From an uncultured Christensenella sp. (GTDB lineage: Bacteria; Bacillota; Clostridia; Christensenellales; UBA1242), in the NCBI GenBank assembly GCA_964434265.1, contig CAYSUK010000001.1, positions 47,126 to 111,125 of the forward strand: DNA of 64,000 nt, in the 5' to 3' direction. The notes beneath the pieces are model-generated. The model saw only the letters and a program-made list of their open reading frames with translations, was not told the DNA's origin and made no database searches. A program made the translations under genes and the position numbers. Positions 28,767-38,608 of this stretch are shown piece after piece (the stretch's first letter is position 1; every line of letters starts with the position of its first letter).

Positions 28767-29051
28767 ATGTCAAAATTTAGCCAATATATTAAAGAAGAAC
28801 ATTATAGACCAAATGAAAAAGAAGAGAATACTATCAAAGAAGACAACATAAACGATATGATTGAGTACTATGGAAATATGAGCACTGACCAATTGATGTC
28901 GGAGTTTTTAAAAGCTAGCAAAAAGAAAAAACAAGAAGGTGGATTGAGTGATGAAGAGTGTTCCAGACTTACATCTGCCTTGTCGCCATATTTAAATGAT
29001 GAGCAGAAAGAAACGATGTTAAAACTATTGGAGAAAAGTAAAAATGTATAA
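28767..29051 (+). CDS. Hypothetical small charged protein (94 aa), translationally coupled to the S8 protease gene
   Basis: AAGGAGA SD lies upstream. The gene overlaps the next one by 8 nt. Confidence 0.6.
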   Translation: MSKFSQYIKEEHYRPNEKEENTIKEDNINDMIEYYGNMSTDQLMSEFLKASKKKKQEGGLSDEECSRLTSALSPYLNDEQKETMLKLLEKSKNV

Positions 29052-30171
29052 CAAAATTTGTCCAGATTTACTTAATCTTGTTTGTACTCAATCGCGAGCA
29101 AAAACCACACAATGTATTGTTTATGCAAAGGACTATATGCGACTTGGAAAAGTATTGGGGAAGGCACGAGTAATCGAAAAGTATCCTTTTATCAAGGCTT
29201 ATGGCATGCAACTTAGTTATAAAAACATAATAGATTTGGCGGGTCTTGATGATGTCAAATACATAACACAATCGGTGAAAGTTAATACACTTGTCCATGT
29301 GTCAAAAGAAATCATGGACGTTCCGACATATTCAAATGAAAGCAAATTTTCAATTGCAGTTATTGATACTGGGGTTTCGCCACATATCGATATTGTTGGT
29401 GGACACAATCCAATAATTTGTTGGCTCGACCTTATAAATGGACGTAAACAAATTTATGACGACAATGGGCATGGTACGTTTGTTACTGGTGTAATTTGTG
29501 GAAAAGGTTGGTTGAGTAGTGGTAAGTATTCTGGTATGGATATATCATCAAACATAATTAGTATAAAGGCGCTTGATAAAAATGGTGAGACGGGTGCGGG
29601 CACAATTCTCAAAGCCATGCAGTGGGTGTTTGACAATAAACAGAAATACAATATCAAAATTGTTTGTATGAGTTTTGGCAGTAATACTATTGGACAAAAC
29701 GACCCACTATTAAAAGGTGCCGAAGCACTATGGAATAGTGGCATTGTTGTTGTGTGTGCGGGTGGGAATAGTGGCCCAGAAGCCAATAGCATTAAGTCGC
29801 CAGGAGCGAGCGGAAAGGTCATAACAGTAGGCTCTATCGATGATGAAAGAGTAGGTGAATATTACGACATATCCAAATTTAAAGTAGCTGATTTTTCAAG
29901 CCGTGGTCCGGCATTTAACCGTTATAAGCCAGATATACTAACGCCGGGTGTTGATATTGTAGGGCTTGCAGATTTTAAAATCGATAAAGCAAACTATATA
30001 AAAATGAGCGGCACGAGTGTGTCGACTCCTATGATAGTTTCGATGTGTAGTCGTCTTATAAAAGAGCATCCAAACTATTCGCCAGACATGGTCAAAAGAC
30101 AAATCTGTAATGGCGGAATAGGACTTGGAGTAGACAGAAATATTCAAGGATATGGTTGGTTTAGGTGGTAG
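29044..30171 (+). CDS. Subtilisin-family (S8) serine peptidase, no signal peptide
   Basis: Catalytic triad contexts: AVIDTGV (Asp), HGTFVTGVI (His), SGTSVSTPM (Ser). An N-terminal ~90-aa propeptide-like region precedes them. Confidence 0.9.
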   Translation: MYNKICPDLLNLVCTQSRAKTTQCIVYAKDYMRLGKVLGKARVIEKYPFIKAYGMQLSYKNIIDLAGLDDVKYITQSVKVNTLVHVSKEIMDVPTYSNESKFSIAVIDTGVSPHIDIVGGHNPIICWLDLINGRKQIYDDNGHGTFVTGVICGKGWLSSGKYSGMDISSNIISIKALDKNGETGAGTILKAMQWVFDNKQKYNIKIVCMSFGSNTIGQNDPLLKGAEALWNSGIVVVCAGGNSGPEANSIKSPGASGKVITVGSIDDERVGEYYDISKFKVADFSSRGPAFNRYKPDILTPGVDIVGLADFKIDKANYIKMSGTSVSTPMIVSMCSRLIKEHPNYSPDMVKRQICNGGIGLGVDRNIQGYGWFRW

Positions 30172-31285
30172 AAATTTTTTCTACCGCCTTTAAAAATTTG
30201 GTTATGTCAGCATAACTATTAAAGTATGACAACGATACTCTCACCATGCCGGTTTTTGTAGTGCCCATATAGCTATGCACAAGTGGAGCACAATGCAGTC
30301 CGCTACGTGTGCAGATGTTGTAGGTGTTTGAAAGAATATCACTGACTTCGCTACTTGTTTTGCCTTTGATATTGAATGCTATGACCCCACCATTTTCTTT
30401 TGGGCTATACACAATTACATTTGGTATTTTTTTCAGTTTTTCATATAAAATACTCGAAAATTTGCATATTTTTAGCGAAATTTTGTTAAAATGTCGCATT
30501 ACGTACTTGATTCCCGCTTTTAGACCTAGTATGTTTGGGAGTGATAAGGTTCCGCTTTCGAGACCTTCTGGAGAGTCGATTGGTTGGCTTATGCTTTCGC
30601 TATATGTCCCAGTGCCGCCCATTATGAGCGGTTTTACTTTTACATTATTTGTTACAAACACACCTATGCCTTGCGGAGCAAAAGTGCCTTTATGACCTGC
30701 TACAGAAAGCATGTTTATGTTACACTTTTGCATGTCAATTTTTGCATGCCCGACACTTTGTGCTCCATCTACAAAATAGAGTAGTTTTCGCTCTTTGCAT
30801 ATCTGTCCTATCATCTCAATATCTTGTGTTACTCCGAGCACATTGCTTCTGTGATTGATTGCTATCATGTATGTGTTTGGCTTGATGCACGATACAATTT
30901 CGTCGCGGGTGATAATAAGCCCTTTTGGTTTGATTATTGTATATGATATGTCGTATTTTTCTTTAAGATAGTTTAGGGTGCGTAATACACTGTTGTGTTC
31001 AAATGTTGTAGTTATGATATGTCCATGCGGTTTGATAGTTCCTCTAAGTGCCATGTTTATGGCTTGGGTACAACTTCCTGTAAACACGACATTTTCTGGG
31101 CTGTCGTTGTGTAAAAACTCGTGAATAATGACCCGAGTGTCATATACTTCTTGACCTCCTTTAATTGTAAGGTCATAACCCCCACGGCCAGGATTTACCG
31201 ATAGGGTAGTGAGACCTTTTTTGACTGCTCTTATGACCGAATGTGGTTTTTTGTGAGTTGTAGATGCATTGTCTAGGTATATCAT
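30161..31285 (-). CDS. Cysteine desulfurase family, class V aminotransferase fold
   Basis: Motifs seen: IYLDNASTT, SVAGHKG (PLP lysine), and RSGLHCAP (active-site Cys loop). Confidence 0.9.
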   Translation of the reverse strand: MIYLDNASTTHKKPHSVIRAVKKGLTTLSVNPGRGGYDLTIKGGQEVYDTRVIIHEFLHNDSPENVVFTGSCTQAINMALRGTIKPHGHIITTTFEHNSVLRTLNYLKEKYDISYTIIKPKGLIITRDEIVSCIKPNTYMIAINHRSNVLGVTQDIEMIGQICKERKLLYFVDGAQSVGHAKIDMQKCNINMLSVAGHKGTFAPQGIGVFVTNNVKVKPLIMGGTGTYSESISQPIDSPEGLESGTLSLPNILGLKAGIKYVMRHFNKISLKICKFSSILYEKLKKIPNVIVYSPKENGGVIAFNIKGKTSSEVSDILSNTYNICTRSGLHCAPLVHSYMGTTKTGMVRVSLSYFNSYADITKFLKAVEKISTT

Positions 31286-31358
31286 AATTTACTCCATTAA
31301 CATAATTATGTTTTCTATAATAATATGAAGTAATGGGGTGAATTGTGAAGGAGAAGAT

Positions 31359-31616
31359 ATGGATATACTGGCAGTTTTCCAAAACCGAACACAAGCACTC
31401 GCTTTTTCGCGTGGACTAAACAAGTATGGTGTCAAAACAAAAATAATAAACACTCCAAGAGAAATAACCAGTTCGTGTGGATTGTCGGTAGTTTTTGGAT
31501 ACAACAACTTAAGCAAGGCAAAACACTTGCTTGGTATGTCGCAAAACTATTCGTTTGCTGGATTTTTTGCCCGCAAAAACATGTCGGGCAGAATTGTGTA
31601 TGCACCGATAAAATAA
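31359..31616 (+). CDS. DUF3343-like putative Se/S carrier protein
   Basis: 85 aa. The pattern is LAVF.....A......L...G......TPREI.SSCGLS..F. The gene is divergent from a cysteine desulfurase, which is the usual partner. ATG at 31359 follows GAAGGAG. Confidence 0.6.
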   Translation: MDILAVFQNRTQALAFSRGLNKYGVKTKIINTPREITSSCGLSVVFGYNNLSKAKHLLGMSQNYSFAGFFARKNMSGRIVYAPIK

Positions 31617-31662
31617 TCATATTGTTTTTGCAATTATTTTTCTGTTGTGATATAATTAATAT

Positions 31663-32283
31663 ATGGACAATAAATATGTTTTAAATGGTTTACGTTCTGT
31701 CATTAAAAATCCTGTTTCCGAACTGGATTTTGCCGACAATTTTCAGCTCTTGATTGCTGTTATTTTAAGTGCGCAATGTACTGACAAGCGTGTAAATATT
31801 GTCACAAAAGAACTTTTCAAAAGATGGGGCACTCCAGATTTACTTGCTTCTGCAAATATTGAAGAAGTCGAAAAGGTAATAAAACCATGTGGTTTTTACC
31901 ATAATAAAAGTAAAAACATAATTGAGTGTAGCCGTCAAATTGTCGAAAGGTTTGGTGGACAAGTTCCGTCAGATTTGAAGTCGCTGATGTCACTTAGCGG
32001 TGTTGGACGCAAGACTGCAAATGTGGTATTGGCTGTTGCGTTTAATACACCTGCAATCCCTGTTGATACTCATGTGTATCGTGTTTCGCGGAGACTTGGG
32101 CTGAGTAGTGCAGATAATGTGCGCGATGTGGAAAACGACCTTATGGCAAGTTTTGATAAAAGCGATTGGGCAGAATTACATCACTTAATTTTGCTTTTTG
32201 GAAGGTATTATTGTACAGCACGAAACCCTAAATGCACAGATTGTGTGTTTGGAAAAATTTGTAAATACAAAGGAGATAATTGA
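31663..32283 (+). CDS. nth: Endonuclease III
   Basis: Motifs seen: LIAVILSAQCTD, the HhH element GVGRKTANVVL, PVDTHV.RV, and the C-terminal Fe-S cluster motif C.......C..C.....C. Confidence 0.93.
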   Translation: MDNKYVLNGLRSVIKNPVSELDFADNFQLLIAVILSAQCTDKRVNIVTKELFKRWGTPDLLASANIEEVEKVIKPCGFYHNKSKNIIECSRQIVERFGGQVPSDLKSLMSLSGVGRKTANVVLAVAFNTPAIPVDTHVYRVSRRLGLSSADNVRDVENDLMASFDKSDWAELHHLILLFGRYYCTARNPKCTDCVFGKICKYKGDN

Positions 32284-32284
32284 T

Positions 32285-33550
32285 ATGTTGATGGATAAAG
32301 TCAAAATCACTTGCAAGGCGGGTGATGGCGGAAATGGTAAGGTTAGTTTTCGTCGAGAAAAGTTTGTGCCAAATGGTGGGCCTGATGGTGGTGATGGCGG
32401 AAATGGCGGAAGCATAATTTTTCGAGTAACAAATAAAGTTTCAAATCTGGGCGAGTTCCGCTTCAAAAAACATTTTTTTGCTGAAAACGGTCAAGACGGC
32501 GGAAGCGGAAATTGTTATGGAAAGTATGGCAATGATGTCATCATTTATGTGCCTTTGGGGACAGTAATTAGAAATGCACAAAACAATAAAGTCCTTGCAG
32601 ATATGATTGATTTAAATGACGAAATTGTTTTGCTAAAAGGCGGGCTAGGCGGACGTGGCAATGCAAAATTTGCGACCGCAACGCGTCAAGCGCCACGATA
32701 TAGCGAGCTTGGTGTAAAAACAAAACCTTTTGAAATAATATTGGAACTCAAGACAATCGCTGATGTAGGGGTTATTGGTTTTCCTAATGTCGGAAAAAGC
32801 ACATTGCTTTCTTCAGTCAGCAATGCTCGACCTAAAATTGCAAATTATCACTTTACGACATTAGCGCCAAATATTGGGGTCGTGAATGCATTTGACAGTT
32901 CGTTTGTAATGGCGGATATTCCGGGGCTTATATCCGGTGCGAGTGAAGGTGTTGGTCTTGGTCTTGACTTCTTGAGACACATTGAACGTACAAAGCTACT
33001 GATTCATGTAGTGGATATTTCTGGAAGTGAAGGTCGTGACCCTTACGAAGATTATTTGGCTATTAATCGCGAACTTAAAAACTATAGCGAAAAGGTGGCT
33101 AATATTCCACAAATAATCGCTCTAAATAAATGTGATTTATTGCAAGACCATAAGGTTGTAGATGATTTTAAAACCAAAATCGCAAAGGATATTCCAGTGT
33201 TTGAAATAAGTGCTGTTAGTTATGTTGGACTAAATGAGATGTTGAAAGCTGTTGTGCAAAAACTATCTACTCTTCCAAGTACCGAACGTCTAGAAGTCGA
33301 GGAATACGATATCGACAAACGAGACACTAAAGAATATTTGATTACTAAAATCGACAACCATACATATAAAGTAACTGGAAATCTTATTGATGAAATTACG
33401 CGTAGGGTTGTGCTTGAAGATTACACTTCAAATGCGTATTTTCAAAAGCAACTTAGAGATGAAGGCATAATTGACAAACTAAAAGAAAAAGGGCTCAAAG
33501 AAGGTGATACTGTTATTATCGGCGATATCGAATTTGAGTATGAGGAATGA
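32285..33550 (+). CDS. obg: GTPase Obg
   Basis: DKVKI.CKAGDGGNGKVSFRREKFVP.GGPDGGDGGNGG; G1 motif GFPNVGKST; C-terminal OCT domain. ATG at 32285 follows GGAG, and the track's upstream extension overlaps nth. Confidence 0.95.
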   Translation: MLMDKVKITCKAGDGGNGKVSFRREKFVPNGGPDGGDGGNGGSIIFRVTNKVSNLGEFRFKKHFFAENGQDGGSGNCYGKYGNDVIIYVPLGTVIRNAQNNKVLADMIDLNDEIVLLKGGLGGRGNAKFATATRQAPRYSELGVKTKPFEIILELKTIADVGVIGFPNVGKSTLLSSVSNARPKIANYHFTTLAPNIGVVNAFDSSFVMADIPGLISGASEGVGLGLDFLRHIERTKLLIHVVDISGSEGRDPYEDYLAINRELKNYSEKVANIPQIIALNKCDLLQDHKVVDDFKTKIAKDIPVFEISAVSYVGLNEMLKAVVQKLSTLPSTERLEVEEYDIDKRDTKEYLITKIDNHTYKVTGNLIDEITRRVVLEDYTSNAYFQKQLRDEGIIDKLKEKGLKEGDTVIIGDIEFEYEE

Positions 33551-33553
33551 TTT

Positions 33554-33865
33554 ATGATAACTAAAGAACAACGAATTGCACTTCGTTCGTATGGACAAAA
33601 ATTGCCTGACCTAGTTTATATAGGTAAGGGTGATATAGACGAAAGTGTATTAAAGCAAATAAATGACAATCTTTACGCTTACGAACTGATAAAAGTTAAG
33701 GTTCAAAATTCTTCAATTGCAAGTGCGAAAGAAATTGCGCCGATATTGGAAAGGACATGTGGTTGTGAAATTGTTACTGTAATTGGAAGCAAAATTTTGC
33801 TTTACAAAAAGTCCGATAAAAAGACTGATAAAAAACTCGAAGAAGTAAGAAAGATAGTAAGATAA
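33554..33865 (+). CDS. yhbY: YhbY/YqeI-type RNA-binding ribosome assembly protein (CRM domain)
   Basis: Q...LRS......P...IGK.......L.QI...L...ELIKVKV; IG....LYK. Confidence 0.85.
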   Translation: MITKEQRIALRSYGQKLPDLVYIGKGDIDESVLKQINDNLYAYELIKVKVQNSSIASAKEIAPILERTCGCEIVTVIGSKILLYKKSDKKTDKKLEEVRKIVR

Positions 33866-33942
33866 AAAATGTAAATACTAAATAATCTTCTTAAATAATA
33901 ATAATCATAACTGAATGTGTTTTGATTTGATATAAGATATTT

Positions 33943-33980
33943 AAAAAAATAATTGCAAATTTTTGCAATTATTTTTTTTC
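33943..33980. terminator. Bidirectional terminator
   Basis: AATTGCA / TGCAATT core within the ATAATTGCAAA...TTTGCAATTAT palindrome, flanked by A7 and T8 runs. Confidence 0.75.
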
Positions 33981-34020
33981 GGATTGTTATATTTTTTGAC
34001 ATAAAATATTTGGTCATATT

Positions 34021-34803
34021 TTATGTCTTTTTGTCTTGTTTTTTAATAAGACAAACACAAGCACATATAATCATAACAGTCCCCATAATTTCATATAAAA
34101 GAGAGTATTTTGTGAAAAAAGACGCAAATAATATTAAAATTCCACCAAAAATATAGTTTTTCGTGAGTTTTTTATTAAATATGATGTTTAGATACTCGAG
34201 ACTTGTTTTGGGTTTTGGGTGCTTTAATCTAATACTGCTCGGACACGGAATGTTGTCTGGTTTTATATATTGGTTGTATATTGTATCCATATCGCAAATG
34301 GTTATGTTTTTATCACCAATTTTTGATATGAGAAGTTTGGCTTGTTCGTCAATGCTGTTGCAGAAAATCTTTACATTTTCGACATTCTCAATTTTGCTAA
34401 TGTTGTATACTATATTTATGTCTACATTTTGTATTTTGTCTTTATAAAAAATGGGGTAGATTAGAGTGTTTGTATTGGTTATTATCACATAACTATTTTT
34501 ATTGACGATTTCTTTTTCTTTTATTAATTCTGTAATTGTATTGCAGACTTCTGTCTGACTTTGGAGACTCAATATCGTCTGCCAATCATCTTTTAAAATT
34601 TGTTCCTTTTTACTTATGTTTGCCCTTATGTTTTTTTTGTGTGAAATTAGGATTATTAAAACTTCTATGCATACAGATACTATAATAGAAATAATTATGC
34701 TTACATAACTATTATTTGTAATGTCGTTTGTCCATACTAGACTTATTAGAAATATGAGCGACATTCGGATAATACTTGTTAATATAGTGCTAAGATATCT
34801 CAT
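34021..34803 (-). CDS. Hypothetical membrane protein (2 N-terminal and 2 C-terminal TM helices around a ~140-aa soluble domain)
   Basis: The hydrophobic segments are read directly from the translation. I recognise no family. Confidence 0.55.
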   Translation of the reverse strand: MRYLSTILTSIIRMSLIFLISLVWTNDITNNSYVSIIISIIVSVCIEVLIILISHKKNIRANISKKEQILKDDWQTILSLQSQTEVCNTITELIKEKEIVNKNSYVIITNTNTLIYPIFYKDKIQNVDINIVYNISKIENVENVKIFCNSIDEQAKLLISKIGDKNITICDMDTIYNQYIKPDNIPCPSSIRLKHPKPKTSLEYLNIIFNKKLTKNYIFGGILILFASFFTKYSLLYEIMGTVMIICACVCLIKKQDKKT

Positions 34804-34927
34804 GTTTGATTTTTGACTGCATTTAATTTGTATATACTTTACTTACGATTATTTTCTTTTTTTTGTTTATATACTTTATTTAAAATGCATTATTTGATAT
34901 AATATAATAACAATTTTGGAGTCGTGT

Positions 34928-35818
34928 ATGAATATAGTTAATTATTTTTATAATATATCAAGCAGTTTTTGGGACTCTTTTTTGTCTGTTATAGAAGTCT
35001 TGGGTACTGAGAAGTTTTTCTTTATAATGTTCTTATTGTTGTATTGGATATTTGATAAAAGATATGCTTTTAAAATGGCTGGCATTTATCTTGGTAGTGT
35101 CTTAGTTAATTTTTCTTTGAAAAATATTATTCGACGCCCACGTCCTTATCCGACTCAAGATGATAGTTTCTCAATGCCTAGTGGACATTGCCAAAGTTAT
35201 TCTGTTGTTGTTTCAAGTTCGGTTATTTATGAAAATCGCCACAAAAAATTGAGTTTGTGGAAATGGATTGTTTATCCTATTGCACTAGTTGTTGTTGGCG
35301 GTGTGCTCGCCATAGACCGAATGTATTTTGGTAGACATTTTTTGAGTGATTGTTTGGTTGGGCTTGCATTGGGTACAATTTGTGCTGTTGGATTTTCTTA
35401 TCTAATGGATTGGTTTGAAAAAATATCGAAAATTTCATTATTGAAGTTTTTGTTGTTTGCAACACCCGTTCCGGTCATTATCTATTTAGTAACTTTATTC
35501 ACTGACATTTTTGACATTGAAGCGACCTTACGCATATATGTCTGCATAGGTATTTATTTGGGTGTTTTGCTTGGATATTTTCTCGATAAAAAAACACTTA
35601 ACTATTCGCCATCTGGCAGTTTGAAAAATATGTTTCTTAAAGTGTTGTTGGGCGCACTCATAATGTTTTCGGCATATTTTATACTCGACAAAACTATTAC
35701 TATAGTTTATCTTGTTCCGCTTAGTTATGCGATACTCGGATTTTTGGGGACTTATGTTGTGCCATTGGTTATGGTGAAGGCTTTTGACGAAACTTTAAAC
35801 GTTGAGAAGGAGAAATAA
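34928..35818 (+). CDS. PAP2-family lipid phosphatase with an extra C-terminal polytopic segment
   Basis: PAP2 motifs K.IIRRPRP, PSGH, and DRMYFGRHFLSD (SR.....H...D). ATG at 34928 lies 6 nt after GGAG. Confidence 0.85.
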   Translation: MNIVNYFYNISSSFWDSFLSVIEVLGTEKFFFIMFLLLYWIFDKRYAFKMAGIYLGSVLVNFSLKNIIRRPRPYPTQDDSFSMPSGHCQSYSVVVSSSVIYENRHKKLSLWKWIVYPIALVVVGGVLAIDRMYFGRHFLSDCLVGLALGTICAVGFSYLMDWFEKISKISLLKFLLFATPVPVIIYLVTLFTDIFDIEATLRIYVCIGIYLGVLLGYFLDKKTLNYSPSGSLKNMFLKVLLGALIMFSAYFILDKTITIVYLVPLSYAILGFLGTYVVPLVMVKAFDETLNVEKEK

Positions 35819-37098
35819 TGATGGATATTAGACCTTATATTGAGAAGAAAAGTTTGGGAGTCGAATTGGCTGCTGATGAGATAAATGCTATTATTGAAGG
35901 CTACTCGACGGGGGAAGTCACTGACGAGCAAATGTCTGCGCTTCTTATGGCTATAAAAATAAACGGCATGAATATTGACGAAACGTATGCCATGACAAAG
36001 GCTATGCAGGCGAGTGGCAAAACCTACCATTACGATTTCCCTGTTGTGGACAAACATTCGAGCGGTGGGGTTAGTGATACGACAACACTTATTGTTGTTC
36101 CGACTCTTGCATGTCTTGGTGTAAAGATTGCAAAAATGAGTGGTAAGTCGCTTGGGTTTACAGGCGGAACTGCTGATAAAGTTAAAGTATTTAAAGGTTT
36201 TAATAACGAACTTTCAGAAGCACAGTTTAAGGAAATGATTGCCAAGTACAATGCTAGTATGATAACTCAATCTGACGAGATATCGGTTGCTGACAAAAAG
36301 ATTTATGCACTACGAGATCGTACTGCGACTGTTGAGAGCATTCCACTGATAGCGAGCTCTATAATGAGTAAGAAATTGGCTTGTGGTGCAAACGTGATTT
36401 TACTTGATGTCAAATGCGGAAAAGGTGCTTTTATGAAAGACCTTGACAGTGCAACAAAGCTTGCAAAAACTATGGTTGAGATAGGCAAAAAAGATGGTAG
36501 AAATGTTGTTGCAATGGTCACAAATATGAATTCGCCATTGTCATATGGAGTAGGTTGTAACCTAGAAGTTTATAGCGTTATTATGGCTTTAATAGGTGAA
36601 AAAACTCCACTTAGAGAACTCTCCATAGTGCTTAGTGCCGAACTATATTCGCTTGCAAACACCTTACCTTATGACAAATCATACAAGGTGGTAGAAGACG
36701 CTATTTCAAACGGACATGCGATGCAAAAACTAAAGGAAATTGTGGTTGCGCAAGGTGGTTCGATTGACGTATTTGACAATCCAAATTTGCTTCTTGATGC
36801 TCCCACAAAACGCGAAATCTTGTGTCCGATGGGTGGATATATTACGGAAATCGATGCAAGAAAAATTGCTGAATTTGTAAATAGAATCAAGGCGAATACG
36901 GACGAAAAATATCTAGCCTCTGTGGGTGTTTTGCTAAACAAACAAGTGGGCGACAAGGTGGTTGCTGGTGAAAAATTATTGACTATTTATTCGCAAAACG
37001 AGTTAGATGAAGATGTGTATAAGTTAGTATACGGTGCTTTTGGTTTTGGAGAAAAACCACCTAGAAAAGAAAAATTGGTGTATAAGATAATAGAATAG
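35818..37098 (+). CDS. pdp: Pyrimidine-nucleoside (thymidine) phosphorylase
   Basis: G.......EI...I.GY..GE..D.Q..ALLMAI...GM; DKHSSGGV.D; 426 aa. Confidence 0.92.
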   Translation: MMDIRPYIEKKSLGVELAADEINAIIEGYSTGEVTDEQMSALLMAIKINGMNIDETYAMTKAMQASGKTYHYDFPVVDKHSSGGVSDTTTLIVVPTLACLGVKIAKMSGKSLGFTGGTADKVKVFKGFNNELSEAQFKEMIAKYNASMITQSDEISVADKKIYALRDRTATVESIPLIASSIMSKKLACGANVILLDVKCGKGAFMKDLDSATKLAKTMVEIGKKDGRNVVAMVTNMNSPLSYGVGCNLEVYSVIMALIGEKTPLRELSIVLSAELYSLANTLPYDKSYKVVEDAISNGHAMQKLKEIVVAQGGSIDVFDNPNLLLDAPTKREILCPMGGYITEIDARKIAEFVNRIKANTDEKYLASVGVLLNKQVGDKVVAGEKLLTIYSQNELDEDVYKLVYGAFGFGEKPPRKEKLVYKIIE

Positions 37099-37108
37099 AG
37101 GTGTTGTT

Positions 37109-37537
37109 GTGTTGCAATGTACAGTAAAAAACATTAAAGAAACGCAAAAACTTGCAAAGAAGTTTGCGAAAATGATAAAAGGTGGAGATGTTGTTTTGTT
37201 GAATGGTGACCTTGGGGCAGGCAAGACAACATTTACAAAGTTTGTTGCAAAAGCTTTGGGAGTAAAGGACGAAGTAACAAGCCCGACATTTACAATCATG
37301 AAGGAGTATCAAGGTCGAAAGTTTAGACTTCTGCACTTTGACATGTATAGACTTGATGGTGTTGAGGAAAGTACGGGTTTTGGCTTTGAAGAGTATATAA
37401 AAAATCGTGACTACAATGTTGTGATTTTTATTGAGTGGAGCGAGCGAGTAAAAGAATTGCTTGACGAAAATTATGTTGTCGTTGATATACGACGTATCGA
37501 CGAAAACAAACGACAATTTAGTATAGAGAGAGTGTAA
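37109..37537 (+). CDS. tsaE: tRNA t6A37 biosynthesis ATPase TsaE
   Basis: GDLGAGKTTFTK, SPTFTI..EY, HFDMYRL. Confidence 0.92.
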   Translation: MLQCTVKNIKETQKLAKKFAKMIKGGDVVLLNGDLGAGKTTFTKFVAKALGVKDEVTSPTFTIMKEYQGRKFRLLHFDMYRLDGVEESTGFGFEEYIKNRDYNVVIFIEWSERVKELLDENYVVVDIRRIDENKRQFSIERV

Positions 37538-37538
37538 G

Positions 37539-38177
37539 ATGAAATATTTTGGAATAGACACAACTAAAAAACAATCGTTCTTGTTTTTTGGTGATGATGA
37601 CAGATTGGAATATAAAGTTTTGCCGGCGTATGAAAAACATAGCGAAACATTAATGATAAACGTTGATAGATTTTTAAGCGAACACAATGTCGTTGTGGGT
37701 GACATAGATGTTTTTGTAAATGTAAGCGGGCCGGGTAGTTTTACTGGTATCAGAATTGGACTTGGTATTGTAAAAGCATTCGCCTATGCTCAAAACAAAC
37801 CGATTGTAAATCTTAGTATTTTTGAACTTTTGTGTGAACATGTTAAAAATGGAGTTGTACTTTTAGAGTGTACAAGTTCTACGTTGTATTATGGAGAAAT
37901 ACAAAAAAGTAAAGTGGTATCGTACGGTGTTGTCGAACGTGAAAATGTCGCTAGTGTGCTTAAAAACAACGCAGTTTTTGTTATTGATTCCGAACATATT
38001 GATGTGCCTGAGTCATATAAAGTAAATGTAATCGACACTTATGGCGAAATTGCTAACAAACAAATATATAATGCCGTTGGCCTAAAAAGATTTTGCGAAA
38101 ATCCAGAACCTTTTTACATCCAACTTTCTCAAGCAGAACGCATGCTGAAAGAAAAGGAAACTGGCAAATGCGAATAA
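37539..38177 (+). CDS. tsaB: tRNA t6A37 biosynthesis protein TsaB
   Basis: GIDT; SGPGSFTGIRIG....KA.A. Confidence 0.9.
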   Translation: MKYFGIDTTKKQSFLFFGDDDRLEYKVLPAYEKHSETLMINVDRFLSEHNVVVGDIDVFVNVSGPGSFTGIRIGLGIVKAFAYAQNKPIVNLSIFELLCEHVKNGVVLLECTSSTLYYGEIQKSKVVSYGVVERENVASVLKNNAVFVIDSEHIDVPESYKVNVIDTYGEIANKQIYNAVGLKRFCENPEPFYIQLSQAERMLKEKETGKCE

Positions 38178-38599
38178 TAAAGGCGAAAAAATCACATTTG
38201 AGAGACCTTGTTTTGATAGAAGAAGAGTGTTTTGAAGACAACTATTCTGAAAAAACACTACTGGCTGATTTGCAAAACAACATGAACGAGATGCTGATTG
38301 CTGTTGAAGGTGACGAAGTAGTAGGATACATAAATGTTTTTCATATTTTTGACGAAGCAAACTTGGTTAAGATTGCTGTAAAAGAAAAATATAGAAGACT
38401 TGGTGTGGCCACAAAACTTTTAAATCGTGCGATTGATGTTGTGAAAAAACTTGGTGTAACAAAAATGTATTTGGAAGTTAGCGAAAAAAATAAAACTGCA
38501 ATTGAGTTTTATGTCAAAAACCAATTCAAACCAACCACTACTAGAGAGAAATATTATAATGATTTAAGTGATGCGATTATAATGTGGAAGTTTTTCTAG
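38168..38599 (+). CDS. rimI: GNAT acetyltransferase, RimI-type
   Basis: IAV....RR.GVATKLL (acetyl-CoA motif A). The gene sits directly after tsaB. ATG at 38168 overlaps the tsaB end by 10 nt, and the track's longer start at 38093 would lie inside tsaB. Confidence 0.8.
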   Translation: MRIIKAKKSHLRDLVLIEEECFEDNYSEKTLLADLQNNMNEMLIAVEGDEVVGYINVFHIFDEANLVKIAVKEKYRRLGVATKLLNRAIDVVKKLGVTKMYLEVSEKNKTAIEFYVKNQFKPTTTREKYYNDLSDAIIMWKFF

Positions 38600-38608
38600 G
38601 TGGTGAAA

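Noticed and set aside
32198-32284. Longer N-terminal extensions offered by the ORF track for obg (32198), rimI (38093), lysS (19720), the HTH regulator (42557) and the sigma-like gene (53100).
   Set aside because: The extensions overlap upstream genes or promoter hexamers and lack SD sequences. Internal ATGs have good SDs and match the conserved N-termini of the families.
37061-37705. 214-aa minus-strand ORF.
   Set aside because: It is antisense to the motif-verified tsaE and tsaB, and its translation is low-complexity with no family features.
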